Assembly: GCF_006345805.1 (NCBI RefSeq)
Contig: NC_042998.1
Span: 116,498,001-116,562,000, forward strand
Source: Octopus sinensis
Lineage: Eukaryota
DNA length: 64,000 nt
Direction: 5' to 3'
The notes beneath the pieces were generated by a model that saw nothing but the letters and a program-made list of their open reading frames with translations, made no database searches and was not told the origin of the DNA. Positions 1 to 14,613 of the stretch are shown here, in pieces. The position numbers were made by a program, and so were the translations under genes. Position 1 is the stretch's first letter. Every line of letters starts with the position of its first letter.

Positions 1-97
1 TATATGTGTGTGTGAGTGAGTGTGTGTGTATATGTGTATGTGTGTGTGTGCAGATATACACTCAGAAATATATACACACATAACCCATGCTGACAGT

Positions 98-128
<31 letters not shown>

Positions 129-691
129 GGCACACACACACATTCTCTCTCTCGCTCTCTATATCTGCCAAACACTCTTTTCCTTCCTCTTCACTTTGTA
201 TGTGCATACTTTAACATATGTATATGTGTGTCTATATACTTATATATACAAACATATCTATACACACACATATATGTATATGTATGTATGTATGTATGTA
301 TGTATAGATAGATAGATACATAGATAGAGATAGATAGATAGAGATCTAACATTAAATATCGAAGGCTAAATCACTTAAACAGAAATTTATATCAGCCAGC
401 GATGCGGTAAAGCGAGTCAATTGATCAATCACATGTCTGTATACACAAAATATAGAAAATGTATGTTCAGAATGGTTCCATATGAAAAACAATCTAGCTG
501 TAATTACTATCGAAGCGATTAATTACACTTTCCAAATATTTTCTCTTTGCGAACCAAGATGCATACTCCAAAATTAAACCAAATTCACAACGAATTTATC
601 GATATCAATATAAGTTTATTTGACCATTTTTTGTATTGAATCTAAACGGTCATTTCTTTTCTTTTCTTTTTTTTTGCTCTGCCTAGTTTAG

Positions 692-780
692 GATGTGCTG
701 TATTAGTTTTAATCTGAAAGCAAAATTGGCACATCGTTCAAATCAGTCATGCGACACGCGTTTGTATAAGAAACCAAACG
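692..780 (+). CDS. Possible plus-strand exon (MCCISFNLKAKLAHRSNQSCDTRLYKKPN), product unknown
   Basis: Long pyrimidine tract ending tttag at 691; donor CG|gtaaag at 781; open in one frame. No homology recognised, could be chance. Confidence 0.2.
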
Positions 781-1689
781 GTAAAGTGTTAGTATAATGT
801 TTTTAAAACTTTCTGTATTTGGTCTGTGTAAATTTGGAAGGGAGGAGTGCATCAATTAAGTAGGTATACGATTAATCGGTATTTTATAGAAATCAAACCT
901 ACTCGCCTTTTAGTGCTATATGTAGATTCGTTTCTGTTTGTATATGTAATTATTAATCCTATGTCAGTCGTTTATTTTCTATTTGAAGATATGCACAGAG
1001 AAATATGTAAAATGAGTTCTTATTTGGGGAACATTTCTGTCAAAGGAAACAAAATTAGTAAAAACATTTGTAAGACAGTCAAACAAACATGAGCGTAAAC
1101 ATACACAGACACACATACACCTCCCCCCCCGAGCGCACACAATGTCTATCGTCCATATATACATACATTGTTATGTATATAGGTATGTATATTATGTGTA
1201 CACACACATTTATATACATATCGCTTATATTTTTGTGTGCATGCTTGTATCATAAAATAGATAAAACAATATATCCAAAATTCTGTAATAACTATACGCA
1301 ACTAGAATACTTGACGTTATATATCGCTTGCGTATTCATTGCAAAAAACAATACCGAAACATGTTTTTTCGGTACGTTGTATATATTTCTATCTTTATCG
1401 ATTTGAGCTCTAAGCGTTACTTAAGCCGATTAGAACATTCCTATAGTTTTCTCAAGAAAGGACAATAATAATATTAATAATAATAATATTTGTTGTTGTT
1501 GTTATTATTCTTAATATTATTGTTATAGTTGTTGTTGCTGTTGTTGTTACTATAATTTTTATATTTTTATTGTTGGTATTATTATTATTATTATTATTAT
1601 TAGTAGTAGTAGTAGTATTATTAATATCCTTCTTCTTACCACTACAACTATTTTATTATTCCCTGTGCAATATTATGAGTTTTGTTTTT

Positions 1690-2520
1690 GTTCTTCATTC
1701 CTGAAGCTGAATGTGTTATGGAATCTCCATATGTTCGCAATATTTTAGTTTATAATAGTTTGTTAATTTTACTGATCCATCTTGATATTGAGTTAACCAC
1801 AATATAAAGGAGTGGTGGACCTTACTTTGATATATTCGAATGAAAAACATATCTTCCAAATGGCTTCGTTTTTTGTTGGGTGGCCAGCAAGAAAGCGATT
1901 TGGGAGATGAGTATGGTCAAATGAAGGTTAGCAATGGTTTAGTTTATCGTAAGATATATTTTCTAGACATTCTAAATTCAGTTTGATCCTTCCATTTCAC
2001 ATTGCATACTGTCATAAAGTTTTATAAGAATTTTGTTAGTATATTTCTTTAACCATTTTGATTCATATATTTTAGCTTTTATTGCAGGTATTGTATGTAC
2101 GCGATAAATAATAGTATCATTAAATTTAGTCTCCGTAGTTACTTTAAGTATAGCATCACGCTTGAAATTATAACATAGGAACAAAATTACTACAGTAGAT
2201 TTCCTATTTTAAGCTCAAAGTTACTGTATAAAAAGAGAAGATGCTTACAACTGTGTATCGTTATCATGTATAAAGTTGTATATCTATTGGTACACATTAT
2301 GTACAGCATAGCCTTTAGATAGAAGACATTGATAGAGCAAAAATATCACAAATTAGCAGTTAAGAATGGATTAAATATGCAACTTGTCTATCTTAATTTA
2401 CTAACACCCCTGGCAATAATAGGTTTCTCAGTAGTGCCCCCAGGTAAATTCAATGTGGGTACAGAGTCAACTAATAATATCAGATTAGAGGATGTAAATA
2501 AGCCCGGATTAGATGTCTTT
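1690..2520 (+). mobile_element. Possible highly decayed L1/Tx1-like LINE 3' end
   Basis: Stop-riddled translation with weak resemblance to Tx1-type C-termini (VASKKAIWEM; FKLKVTV*KEKML). Recall only. Confidence 0.2.
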
Positions 2521-3118
2521 TTCAATCGTCGAATATATTATATAAGATACCATTTTTACATCTCTGTGTGACAGCATTTTGACGAAAGTTTCGGAAATAG
2601 AAAATAAGCTTCGTTTTGCATTAAATACAACAGTTACAGAACCGTTTATAAATTATAAGCATGAATATTTATATATGTGTATGTGTGTGTCGTGTGTATA
2701 TGAGCGTTTGTGTTCTCTTGTTCGTGTGTGACTGTGATGAACTGTAGTTTATGGATTTTTTTCGAAGTCAGAAAATTACGAGTTACATCACGGTGAGAGG
2801 TGTCGCGGACGAGTACGTTTGCTGTACGTTCGACATAGCTATACGTTTATTTGTGTGTGAATGGAGATTGTGCGGAGTCCCATAGGAGAGAAGGCACTTT
2901 TAACTCAGCAGTTCAGCTTTGAGTCACAGTAAAACACTGATAAAGCCTGATAATTTCTTTAAATGTCACCTGTAGGTGGAAAGTTATTCTTGCATGCTAA
3001 AATATGCCATAAATATTATAGAAAAATGTATATCGAGCTCTAAAAATATATCTGTGATTCTCTCTATCTATCATTCCCTCTCCATACACACACAAACACA
3101 CACAACCACACACATAAT

Positions 3119-3158
<40 letters not shown>

Positions 3159-4539
3159 ATTAGAACAGATGGACACAGTATAATAATACCTAAAATCTCC
3201 AAGAAGTTTAGGAGATAGACAAAGAACATACTGTCTCACTCCACCATAGAATTTACTAAGTTTTCAAGAAGCTTTACATTGTTACAGACTCTGCCTGTCA
3301 CTGATTTTTTTTTGTTTTTATGGGGTCAGTTTTAATTTATAGACTAGTTTATCAAATCCCTTGTACATTAGGTATAACAACTACTTCTCATTCCTAACTA
3401 ACACTCAGTTGATTACATTGTACTACGACCCTTACGCATAAGTCTCCACTTCTTCCACAAACATTATACCTCAGACACATTCGCCAGTGAAAACAGCCTC
3501 GGTTTGTTCTACTTCTGTTACAAATAATTTTACTTCATAGAGCTACGTAGCGACATCATTTAAAAACTAGAATAACATAATAAGTAACAAAATTGATTAT
3601 TGATACTTGAACCCAAACTGTATATTATTGATGTACATACTATTGATATGTATAGTATTGGAACGCAATATTCTTTTCAAATGCTGTGAGTACATTGTTG
3701 ACGTCCATCATTGCAAAGATACATTCTCCTTTTATTCATACAGATTTGACTATATTATAAGTCACCAATATTCATAGTCATTTGACTATTTTACAATTCG
3801 CCAATATCAGAACACTAAATGTCATAATCGATAGAGAGCAGTAATGGCCCTTGTATTTGAAGAATTCACTTCGAAATTACATGTTTGTTTGTTTATTACT
3901 ACTGCGTAAAATACTGGTCTTTCATAGTCTAGTGGCAGACAAAGCTTCCTTGTGAGAAATTTCATTTACAAGAACATAACTGAAACGTCATTAATCGTTC
4001 TTGCTCTTCGGTGGTAGCTTTAAATTATCTGTCAATTTTATTTGGTCATCTGGGGTTTGGGCATCTTAACACTGCCCATTGAAGCTTACATTCTAAGCAC
4101 GTCTCCTGTCAAAAGATAATTTATTCCTTTACCCAACTTAAAATATACCACAGAGGTTACCGAATCACATTCCATTAAGAAGTTATTTCAAATCTCATCG
4201 CAGTTGGCTTTACATTTCATCCATCTAGAGCTGAGATAGTGCTACTAGTGCCTCCATCACTTTAATCACAACAAATATTTGGCGTTGTGCGTAATAAATT
4301 CAAATTCCACCGTGGTCGGCTTTGCTTCTGTACTTTCAGCGTCGATAAGTCAGTACTATTGATCACTAACAATTTCAGGCCTTTTAATTATTGCACAGGA
4401 GATAATTACTATAATTATTATTTAGGTTATTGCTACATTGTTTTATACAAGCTGTTCCAAGTCTAGACAGAGATCTTGAGTGGCATCAAGTTGGAAACTT
4501 TTCTAATTATAAACAATATTTACTAATCATAAATAATAC

Positions 4540-5400
4540 CCATAGTAAAACGGGTTAGAGAGCATATCTAACCCACCTGTATTCTTCATTCCACCATGGA
4601 TATTTTGTTTTGTCACTCCCATTATATTTCCTCTTTTTTACATCAACACCCATATTTTCTCCTACAGTAATACTTGCTGCAATGATGAAATTATTTGTTA
4701 CTGCGATATTATTTGTTCTGTTGTATTTCAGAAATGCATTCTCATTTTTCGTTTCTTAGTTCAATTTCCCCCGACGAACATCTTTTTTTCCAGATATCCG
4801 TTCATTGACTCTGCACCTATTCCAGTCAATAATTTCCACATAATTGGCAAGTAGGATATCGGTTGAAAATAATGTCGCTATGGTTCGCATGTAGCCTTGC
4901 ATTTATTCTGTCTTAGATTGCCTTTTGCCCATCTGTCTTGTCACCATTAGTTTTATTGTCTTATTCCAAACCATTTATATGTCTCTCCGCAAGCAGGCTA
5001 TCACTGTTCCGTGGTTTATTAGAGATTTCATCTCTGTTGTCTGCTATGAGATTACTTTTATCAGTAGGAACTGTGTTTTCATCGTTTCATTTGCTGTTCT
5101 TTCTCTTATTGCTCTAGCTTGATCACATAATATTTGTTCCGTGATTTGAAACAAACCGCTATCTCTCCATTGATACATACGTTGTCGGTATACTCTATTA
5201 TGAACATCATTTTCGTCTAACACTCCATGACCAAAGCATTGATTTTTTTGTTCCATCTACTCCCTGTGTGCTGGTTCCTTGCTGGATAACAACATGCTGA
5301 AGTAGGACCAGTATCTCCGAGCTTGCCGGGTGCAACACTGTCACCATCAAGGGATTCATTTTCGTTACCACTGTTATTCACAATATTTTGTTTTTGCATT
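4540..5400 (-). mobile_element. R4/Dong-like non-LTR retrotransposon, decayed N-terminal ORF fragment
   Basis: ORF 5044..5256 contains RVYRQRMYQWRDSGLFQITEQILCDQARAIR, matching the conserved N-terminal RGYRKRM..W...G.F...EQRL.DQAR.IR motif of R4/Dong-like elements. Confidence 0.65.
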
Positions 5401-5559
5401 GTTACTCATATGATGTTGCGATTATCAGGTTGCTTAATTACCGGTGTTTTTAATGTGACATCATCACTAGATGTATCATCAATCAAGACATGGGGAAATC
5501 CCAGCATCTTCCTTCCATCATTATTATTATCACTGATATCCTTATTTTAATTATTTTTA

Positions 5560-6020
5560 ATCCTATTGGCCATTTTTAATATTTCCTCTGATTCAGCATT
5601 GGCCAAATTATTATGCTGTATTATTCTTAACGTCTTCTGTATTACTTTCAAACTGTCCATGCATTCTCATTTCAAGAAGGTCCTCTTTTCTCTTCTCCTT
5701 AGCTCTTTTGTTCAACGTTTCCTTTCCCATCATTTTACCTGCATTTACAGCAATATCTTTCGCGGCATATTGCAGCAGGTCTGCATCACTATTTATCAAA
5801 TACCCGGCAAGTGCTCTCCTTTCACCCATTATATAATGGTCTATACTAATTAGTCCTCTGCCACCATTCATTTTTTCATATACCAGTCTGTCAATGTTTG
5901 CTTTAGGGTGTAGCACCCCATGCAGCGTCATCAACTTTCTCGCCCTTCTATCAAGTGTTGATATTTTCTCCTTAGCCCAAATGAGGATGGGCGCCCTATA
6001 TCTGACCAACGCAACTACTC
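5560..6020 (-). mobile_element. R4/Dong-like LINE fragment, post-RT (thumb) region
   Basis: ORF 5611..6009: LDRRARKLMTLHGVLHPKANIDRLV...GGRGLISI...MHGQF, typical of RLE-type LINEs. The 5' truncation abuts a (TTA/TCA)n tract at about 6020-6110. Confidence 0.85.
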
Positions 6021-6418
6021 AATTATCATTATTACTATTATTATTACTATTATTATTAGTATCATCATCATCAACAACAAAATCATCAATATCATCACTA
6101 TCCCTATTATTGTGGCTCATGAATAGTAATTAGAAAGGCATTAAAAATATATACATTCTAGTAGTGTCTGGTATATCTACAAGTCTCAATTAGGATTTGA
6201 AATAGATGCCAACATTCTCCGCTATAAATAAGTATCTTCGTTAATGGCGCTCATTTCATGTGCTAAATTTGTGTTATAATTATATATACATATATGTGTA
6301 TGTATATATATATATTATATGCACATGTATATTTACTTCTATCTTTCTATCTCATTATATATCTCTGTCTTTATGTCTGTCTGTCTGCCTGTCTCTCTTT
6401 CTTTCTTTCTCTCTCTTC

Positions 6419-6450
<32 letters not shown>

Positions 6451-8260
6451 AAGAGAGATAGATAGACAGATATATACGTAAGTGTGTGTGTATGTATTTG
6501 TGTATGTATGACGTACATATATGTGAGCGAGTGTGCGTATGTGTGCATCTGTGTTTGCGCGTAAGTCAGCTAATGTGAGAACCTTTCTCACAGACACACG
6601 CATGCACATACATACGCACAAAAGGCGAGTACATAAAAACACACACAAACACATACTTGCGGAACACACGTGCATGCACAAATGCACGCGCACACGTACA
6701 CATGCATCTACATTAATACATTCGTATCGGTGTCAGTAGAAGCTAGATGATTTAATTTGCTTCTGTTTGTTTACAATAAAGTTTATATTTAGTTTCCATG
6801 ATATTTCCTATTCGGTTATGTCTGACTGATAAGGCTAACTAACGTTCCTATACTCAAGAGAACAGTGTCAGATATTTTGCCAATATACAATATCAGCGTA
6901 CTTCACATTCATCATGGTTCGGAACACATATCACAGAAACCAGCATAAGTTCATTTATATGAATAAGTTGAAAATAGATAAGAGCTATAAGTATAGTGAT
7001 ATCATGTATCATAGAAACGAGAAACAACGGAGTTGTTAGATTATTGAAATATATTTCAAGTATTCTTGATTTTCGCTGTTCTACTCCGCTTTTGGAAATA
7101 TTGTTGGCATTTCAACTACCAAGAGAAAGAAATCAGTTTCATTACGTTACAAAAGACCTAAAGAAGAGTTGCCTCTTATTTACTTCAGTTTGTTATTAAT
7201 CCATCAATCAAAAACCTTTGCCAAGGGAGGTAGTAGCTACGCAACAGGAGAAACAATTTCCCTTTCTATCTCTGTCAGCCAGCAGCCAACCTCGTGTTTC
7301 CCATAATCTTTTCCCCTTTTCATCCCTTGATATTGCTTAACTACTTATTTTGTGGTCTATCTATACTACTTTCATCGGGGGATTTTCTATGTATTATAAT
7401 TCATTACAAATCAAGTGAATGTTTCATCTAGTGTCACCAGGATTTATTGTGCGATTAGTTTCGGAAGACGCCATGACAAAAACCTTTACGTACACGCACA
7501 CACACGCAAACACACACGCGCACACACATACACACACACACAAATATATTACAGAAGGTTTGGAAGCAAGTACTGCAGATTAGATCCAGGTTCCTGGCCC
7601 GGCTATTCTGTCACAAAGCTCTTAATCCGATCGTAGTTCTTCCGTTTCTACTTACATGACTAATGCACTTAAAATAATAATAGGTATCACGTATCAATTC
7701 CATTCTCATATATTTATACTACTTTGTGAATATGACAGTGCGAATCTCCTTCTGAATTGTTTCATTTAGTAAACGAAATATAAGCAAATGAAAGTAATAT
7801 CTGAAGTAATATTGATTTCTCCTGAGTATGCTCAAGTACGAATGTACCAACAGTAGAGGAATATTAGTTATTTATATTCTTTCCGCTGTTTGAGTAGTTC
7901 TTATTTTCTCGACCATAGCACAACGAAATGTGAATGTAATGCTCGCTCCTTTGGGATTTTATCTTAAGAAGCTTAGGGACGAGATTAACTACCATAAATA
8001 ATCCATCTTGTTTGAGTCGATTATAACTGACCCGTTGTCAAAATAGTATTAAAATGTATTGTCACGTTGACTTTGGCCTTGAGTTGAAGGGGAAAATATT
8101 TCATAAAATGCGGTAAACAGTCCCCTCGTTCGGGTTTCAATATCAGACGATAAAATCATTTTTGTTACATTGATACTTCTGGAAATAATTTGCTTGCCAT
8201 ACGTAATGGACATTTAGAAGTCGGATAATATTAAGTGTGCTTTCCTGTTTTATGTTATGT

Positions 8261-8531
8261 TTACTTTAATATATTTTGAATGGGGGTGGGGATTTTGGAA
8301 ATATATTCTATATATTCGCCAGCAAAATAAACCGCGTAATCTTTAATCCAAGTATTCTCATACTTTCGATTGTCTTTTGGTAGACAGTTAGATAACATTC
8401 CCTCCGGCGGTACTTTCAGATATACTCTGATATCTAGTGTTTCATTTTCATTTTGAATGCTGACGATTTTTCTAATTCTATCTTCAAAAATTACTTGTGA
8501 GGCACTTCGCATAATTTCAGATCTAATCACT
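8261..8531 (-). CDS. Candidate coding exon, unknown protein (VIRSEIMRSASQVIFEDRIRKIVSIQNENETLDIRVYLKVPPEGMLSNCLPKDNRKYENTWIKDYAVYFAGEYIEYISKIPTPIQNILK)
   Basis: Acceptor ttcactatag| at 8532; about 89 non-repetitive, protein-like codons; ends at TAA 8261-8263 or at phase-preserving donors at 8363 (gtatga) or 8264 (gtaaac). No TE motif recognised. Confidence 0.4.
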
Positions 8532-8869
8532 CTATAGTGAACAATAAATAAATATATATGCATATATTTATATAAACATATTAAGGCCTGGGAGGGTACA
8601 AATGTAAGACATTACCAGAGAAGCACTCAGCTCGATCTCAGGCCTATCATTTCCGTCGGTTTTCAAACTAATATTGAAACTCTTTAAATGTAGAAAATCC
8701 TGGTTCCATGACGGTAAAACCACTGTGTGGCTATGGCAAAGAGTAAATTATAATCCAAATATTAAGAGGACCAATAAATACTTTAACAAATGTTTAATGG
8801 TTTGTTACCGCTCTTCCTGTACCGACTCTGCACACTTACATACATACATACATACATCTATACATACAT

Positions 8870-9960
8870 AAACTGTGATGTAGACCGCGTCTATCGAAGA
8901 CAAAATCAAGGTGGAAGACGTTTAACATTGATCCAAAATGCATTTGAATGTCGCATCATATCTCTCCATCAACATCTTTTAACCACCAAGTGTCGACGTG
9001 CACCCTTGACCAAGTTTGCATACATGAGGCTGGTAACATCATAAGACTTGGAAGGCAGCTCCTTCAGCAACACTCTTTGTTTGATTTCCTAGAATACATG
9101 CCCAACTAATTCGCACAACTCTACGGCAACATATCATCAGATGAAAGGATGAGTCTATATGAGCAGAAGACTATGCATGGATATGTCAGTTGAAAGCTCC
9201 GTGATGATAGTAACATCGGTCATCAAAGCGGCTTATCATGGACCAACAGCTGGATTACTACCTCCCACTTGGAATGCTATGCGTTTGCAATCCATGAACA
9301 GGAAATATCAACCACAAAAGAGATATTGATGCAGATAAAGCCGTGAAGTGTGACAACCGTTGCAAACTTTGTTGATTTCACACAGAAGATATCACCCACA
9401 TCATAAGCAGTTGTCCGAAAATGTAATCACGGTGTAATCTACAGATGTGATATGAGGTTGTAGCTAGGACACTCTATAAGGAATTCCGTCGGAAGAATAA
9501 TCCCGAGGACAAAGAAACAGGAACCCACAATATGGTAGAAGCCATAGCCACTCATAATAAAAAGGAATCCTGGTGGAATGTACCAATGAAGACCTCAAAA
9601 AATGTAAGCACAACAAACCTGACGTAATGTTTTGGGATAGAGAAGAGAAACTGTGAATAGTTGTGGAAATTAGCTACCCAGTGGATGTTAACATAAAGCT
9701 GAAGATCAGTGAAAAAGAGCATACTTATGCTGAATTATTGAGAAATCTGGAGTTAATCTCTCCAGATTACAAGATCAGATTTATACCTGTAGCTATTGGG
9801 TGCCTGGGATATGTAACACACTGCTTAAATACTAATCTTGAGAAATTAGATTTATCAAACCAGAGAGGAGAAAGCCAGTTCGAAGACTACAGATCCAACC
9901 CATCGCTGGAACTGTAAAAATGCGTAAAACTTTCTAGAAGTTTATCATTTAAATATATAT
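8870..9960 (+). mobile_element. 5'-truncated RLE-type non-LTR retrotransposon (R4/NeSL-like): thumb, CCHC knuckle, PD-(D/E)xK endonuclease
   Basis: CDVDRVYRRQNQGGRRL; CDNRCKLC*FHTEDITHIISSCPKM; KPDVMFWDREEKL..VEISYP; IPVAIGCLG. Frameshifts and stops. Flanked by (CATA)n on both sides. Confidence 0.9.
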
Positions 9961-10452
9961 GAGAATATCTAGATATGCAACTATATGCATGAAAATACAT
10001 ACATAAAACATACAAATATGTACATACATACATACATACATACATACATACATACATACATACATACATACACACATGCATACGTGCATACATACAATCA
10101 AAAATACCGTGTTGTTAATGTTAAAATTCCAACGAAGGAGCCTTGAATCTAGGTCATAAACTTGTCCTTTCTCTGTTGGCAGCAAATTTTTAAATAAACA
10201 GAATAATGACATACATACATACATGCATGCATACATACATACACAAGCACAACAATTTGCTTTGTACTAAAAGTAAAGCAAAGTTGGGTACACACTTATA
10301 TAGTAACTCACATAGGTCGTTGGAAGTACAGAGGATGTCCGAGCAGCTCATTTTTTGCATTAAATATTATTCCCACTCTTTTTGATTGCAAGAAAATAAT
10401 GAATTCTTCATGAAGGAAAGTGTGGTTTCCTGGACATCACAGAAGTACTTAC

Positions 10453-10499
10453 ACTGAATTGTTGAAACAAAGTATCCACATGTCAGTTTCTCGCAACTG
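10453..10499 (-). CDS. Candidate 47-nt exon (QLRETDMWILCFNNSV or SCEKLTCGYFVSTIQ)
   Basis: Acceptor tgatatttcag|, donor |gtaagt; frame 0 ends in phase 2, compatible with the 8531 exon. The region may instead be a Tc1-like relic. Confidence 0.25.
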
Positions 10500-11052
10500 C
10501 TGAAATATCAGCTAATTTAGAAGTCAGTCAGAGAATCTCAGACAATCTTTTAGAGAGTAGATATCATTCCGCATACTATAACTTTGATATTTGCCAAAAT
10601 GGAACTACGAATCGCTGAATATTATAAAAACGACAACAAAATATCTGCACTAAACTAGTTCGGGTTGTCTCACTTAATATTATTTCTTCGTCCTACGCCT
10701 AAATATAGAAGACATTTAACAGCATAACTCGAAGGAATTACAATTATTAATAAAGTAGAAACTACTTTGGACGGAATATAGACGAATATCACTCGAGGTG
10801 ATATCCGTATTTTCTTGACGCTTTTTCCTCCACGGAGTTCCCAAGAAATTTTATCGCCACCTATCATTGATAGTAGCATTCGCTTCGAGTTACAGAACTA
10901 AATTACTTATTTACATATTCGTTCGATGATTTTATTTTTATATTCTGAATAACAATTCGAAGTCACTCTCCAAAAATGTCATATTAGCACATATATAAAT
11001 ACCTACACCAACACCCTAACACGCACATGTGTCTGCATGTATGTATGCATGG

Positions 11053-11123
<71 letters not shown>

Positions 11124-11239
11124 GGTTGTGTTAATCTCATAAGGCATTATTATATCCAACGTTCCACTGTTTCATTCGCCAATACCGTTCAGGAAAATCT
11201 CTTCGATATTTACGGGATTATTATAAGTATAAATATGAT

Positions 11240-11725
11240 TTAAAAATAGGAATGGAGAGTTGGTATGGATATAAAATCAATTTATTAACATACTGCCAAA
11301 ATAAAGTGAATTAAAACCTACGTACGTTTCAATTCAGTCAAATAAATAATTGCATAATTCGAAGATTGGAATAAATCCAATGTTAAGAATAAAATAGCAT
11401 TTTGAATAATATTCGGTAGAATCTATCAGTACATAGGTATATTAAAAAACAGGTTATATGTTTCTGCATTGGATTACATCAAAAGATATAATCGAATCTA
11501 TAAACATGTAATTTTTTTTCCAATATACTGAAACCCTGATAAAATTCTAGCGTATAATTATTCTTGTCATCGTGTGTATCCCAATGATTTAATAATGAAA
11601 ATATTAACTGGACTGAATTGAAAAGTACGTAGGCTTTATGTGACTTTATTTTAAATTTATTTTGACAGTATGTTAATAAATTAATTTTACATCCTTACCA
11701 ACCCTCAATTCCCCTTTAATTATAT
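11240..11725. mobile_element. MITE / non-autonomous DNA transposon with about 100-bp imperfect TIRs
   Basis: Left arm (ggaatggagagttggtatggatataaaatcaatttattaacatactg...cctacgtacgtttcaattcagtc) is the reverse complement of the right arm at about 11610-11720; TA-rich flanks; no ORF. Confidence 0.8.
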
Positions 11726-11743
11726 AGAATTATATACATATAT

Positions 11744-11814
<71 letters not shown>

Positions 11815-12829
11815 ATGATTAAGCGTATATGTATAATGCAGACATGCCGAACAGCTTTTGCTTAGTTTCCTTCTATTTATTATCTAAATATGTTCTTTGC
11901 GACTGGATAAATGTTTTACTATCTTCAGTGAATATGAACACACATACTGGCACATTGGTAGTCTTTAGAACTGCTGTTATTCACTATTTGCTTAATAGTT
12001 AAGATGCGTATTGAAATGCTTACCCATTTGTATTATATGTATGTGTGTTTGTGCGTGTAGAGAGAAAGAGAAAGGCAGAGACAGCGAGAGGGTGGGAGAA
12101 AGATAGATAGATAAATAGATAGATAGACAAGCATACATGAGCATCAGCACTAAGTGTTGATTAGTTTTAAACTGGCTTTAGATTTGTTAAAATATGTCAG
12201 TAACACATTATAACTTCTATTGGCATATTCTTAGTGTTACAGTGCAAAAAAATGCCCTTCGTATGTTAAAAATTGTTTACAAACACGATATCATTACAGT
12301 GCTTCCCTCTAGATGTGTTCACAACTTTTCTCGTAATAGAGAATTTTTTCTCCTCGGAAACGCAGTGAATTTGCGCTTAGAAGTTGTGATTTGTGACAAT
12401 CATATATCAAGTAACCTTAAGTTCGTTTGTGCTAATCACTGCTTGGCGCTGTTGCAGCTATATTTATCGCAACCAGGCAGCCAAATAGCGCAATTCCATC
12501 ACAGTTTTTTTTTTTTTTTAGTTCAAGTTACGGTTTTGAATATGCCCAGGATTATCTTTCTTCGATAGTTCTCATAGAGGAAGGCTAATGCTTAAGAAAC
12601 GCGTGTTTGAATATCAGCAGTAGCGTTTTTAAGCATTGTGCCATAGGAAATAAATTTTTCTACATGGTAACTGCAATAAATTAAACTGAAATCAAACTAT
12701 GTCACCAACTTATTTTAAATAACATGAAGTTCATACATATGTATGTGTATCAATATAAGTATATTCCTATCCTATATTGCGGTATTATATATTCGACATT
12801 CCTAGATTCTAATTTACCTCTGTATAATG

Positions 12830-13388
12830 GCCAGCAAAGTTGACTGGTAATTATTTTTTTTATCGACCCCGAAATGATAAAACACAAAGTCTACCTCTGC
12901 GGAATTTGAACACAAAACGTAAATTCGGACGAAATGTCGCCAAGCATTTTACCTGACATGCTAACAATTTTTATTTCTTTATTACCCACAAGGGGCTAAA
13001 CATAGAGGGGACAAACAAGGACAGACAAACGGATTAAATCGATTACATCGACCCCAATACGTAACAGGTACTTCATTTATATACTCCGAAAAGATGAAAG
13101 GCAAAGTCGACCTCGGCGGAATTTGAACTCAGATGGTAACGGCAGACGAAATACCTATTTCTTTACAACCAACAAGGGGCTAAACACCGAGAGGACAAAC
13201 AAGGACAGACAAACAGATTAAGTCGATTATATCAACCCCAGTGCGTAACTGGTACTTATTTAATCGACCCCGAAAGGATGAAAGGGAAAGTCGACCTCGG
13301 TGTAATTTGAACTCAGAACATAACGGCAGACGAAATACCGCTAAGCATTTCGCCCGACGTGCTAACGTTTCTGCCAGCACGCCGCCTT
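12830..13388 (-). mobile_element. Head-to-tail array of three tRNA-derived SINE units (one decayed, one 5'-truncated, one full)
   Basis: Minus strand head ggcggcgtgctggcagaaacgttagcacg (A-box-like), B box gagttcaaatt, central gcctttcatcctttcggggtcgat..aagtaccag (resembles the MetaSINE central domain), tail gtgggtaataaagaaa. Confidence 0.9.
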
Positions 13389-14279
13389 CGGAGCTGCTAA
13401 CAATTCTGCCGGCTCACTGCCTTTATACTGATGCTGTATATTATGAATAGTTATTTTGCATCTCAAAAATATTTCAACATGAATTTCACAACTTCACTAG
13501 CGGTGACTTCTTGTATTTTATTCAGGTGTTAAAAATGATTTGCTCAAGTGTCTCATCAAAATATGTATACCATTATTACATAATAAATGCAAGGCAATAA
13601 CTACGCAGCTGATTAAATTCCGTTGAAATAGCAGAAGAGAGCCGAATTAAAATAAAGATAATCAAGTTTTTAGCGCTGGAATGACGATGTTTACAAATTG
13701 CTAGAATATAACAATGTTTAGGTATACACACAAACACACATATGTTCATATACATACATATATATACATATATACACATATATATCCATATATATATGCA
13801 TTATATATATACGTGTGTGTATGTGAGTGTGTACGTGCATGTGTGTGTGTATGTGAGAGAGTGCGTGTGTGTGAATATATATGTATTTATGCATGTGTCA
13901 AATGTAATCGTTGTAGCATGCACACCACTTTCGTTGTTTAGTTATCAGGTGTTATTTTCGCACGCTTGGAGAGGTATGCATCAAGGATATGCCAGCCGGA
14001 GGAGAGGAGTGCTGCGTCAGCGGTAGCCTAGTTCTGGTTTTAGTTGAGAACACAGGGAAGTGAGAAAAAATTGTGTCTTGGACAATAACACAATACGCTC
14101 CATCCGGCATAGCAGGCGAACATGCGCCCCCATCATCGTGAGAAATATATATATGTACGAACTTATGCATGGACATACATATGTTTATATTTATTGGTAG
14201 ATATACATATACACACACATATGCATAATTATATGTGTACATACACATATGTATACATGTATGTGTGTGTAAGCGCAAT

Positions 14280-14613
14280 GTCCCGGTGGTCATGGCAGCA
14301 GACTCGCGGTTGCCATTCCCAGACCGGGCGCTGTGAGTGTTTATTGAGCGGAAACACCTAAATCTCCAAGAAGATCGGGCTGGGGGTGAAGGCGAACCCT
14401 GCTGTACTCTTTCACCTTAACTTTCTCTCAGTCTTTCTTCCTGTTTCTATAGTACCTGTATTTCAAAGGAGCCACGCTGAATATTTCTGAGAACTACATT
14501 AAGGGTATACGTGTCTGTGGAGAGCTCAGTCACTTGCACGTTAATTTCACGAGAAAGCTGTTCCGTTGATCGGTTCAACTGGAACCCTCGTCGTCGCAAC
14601 CGACGGAGTGCCA
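14280..14613 (-). mobile_element. SINE-like repeat of a second family (central-domain fragment)
   Basis: tggcactccgtcggttgcgacgacgagggttccagttgaaccgatcaacggaacagc...; recalled as an abundant cephalopod SINE body; no ORF of substance. Confidence 0.6.
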
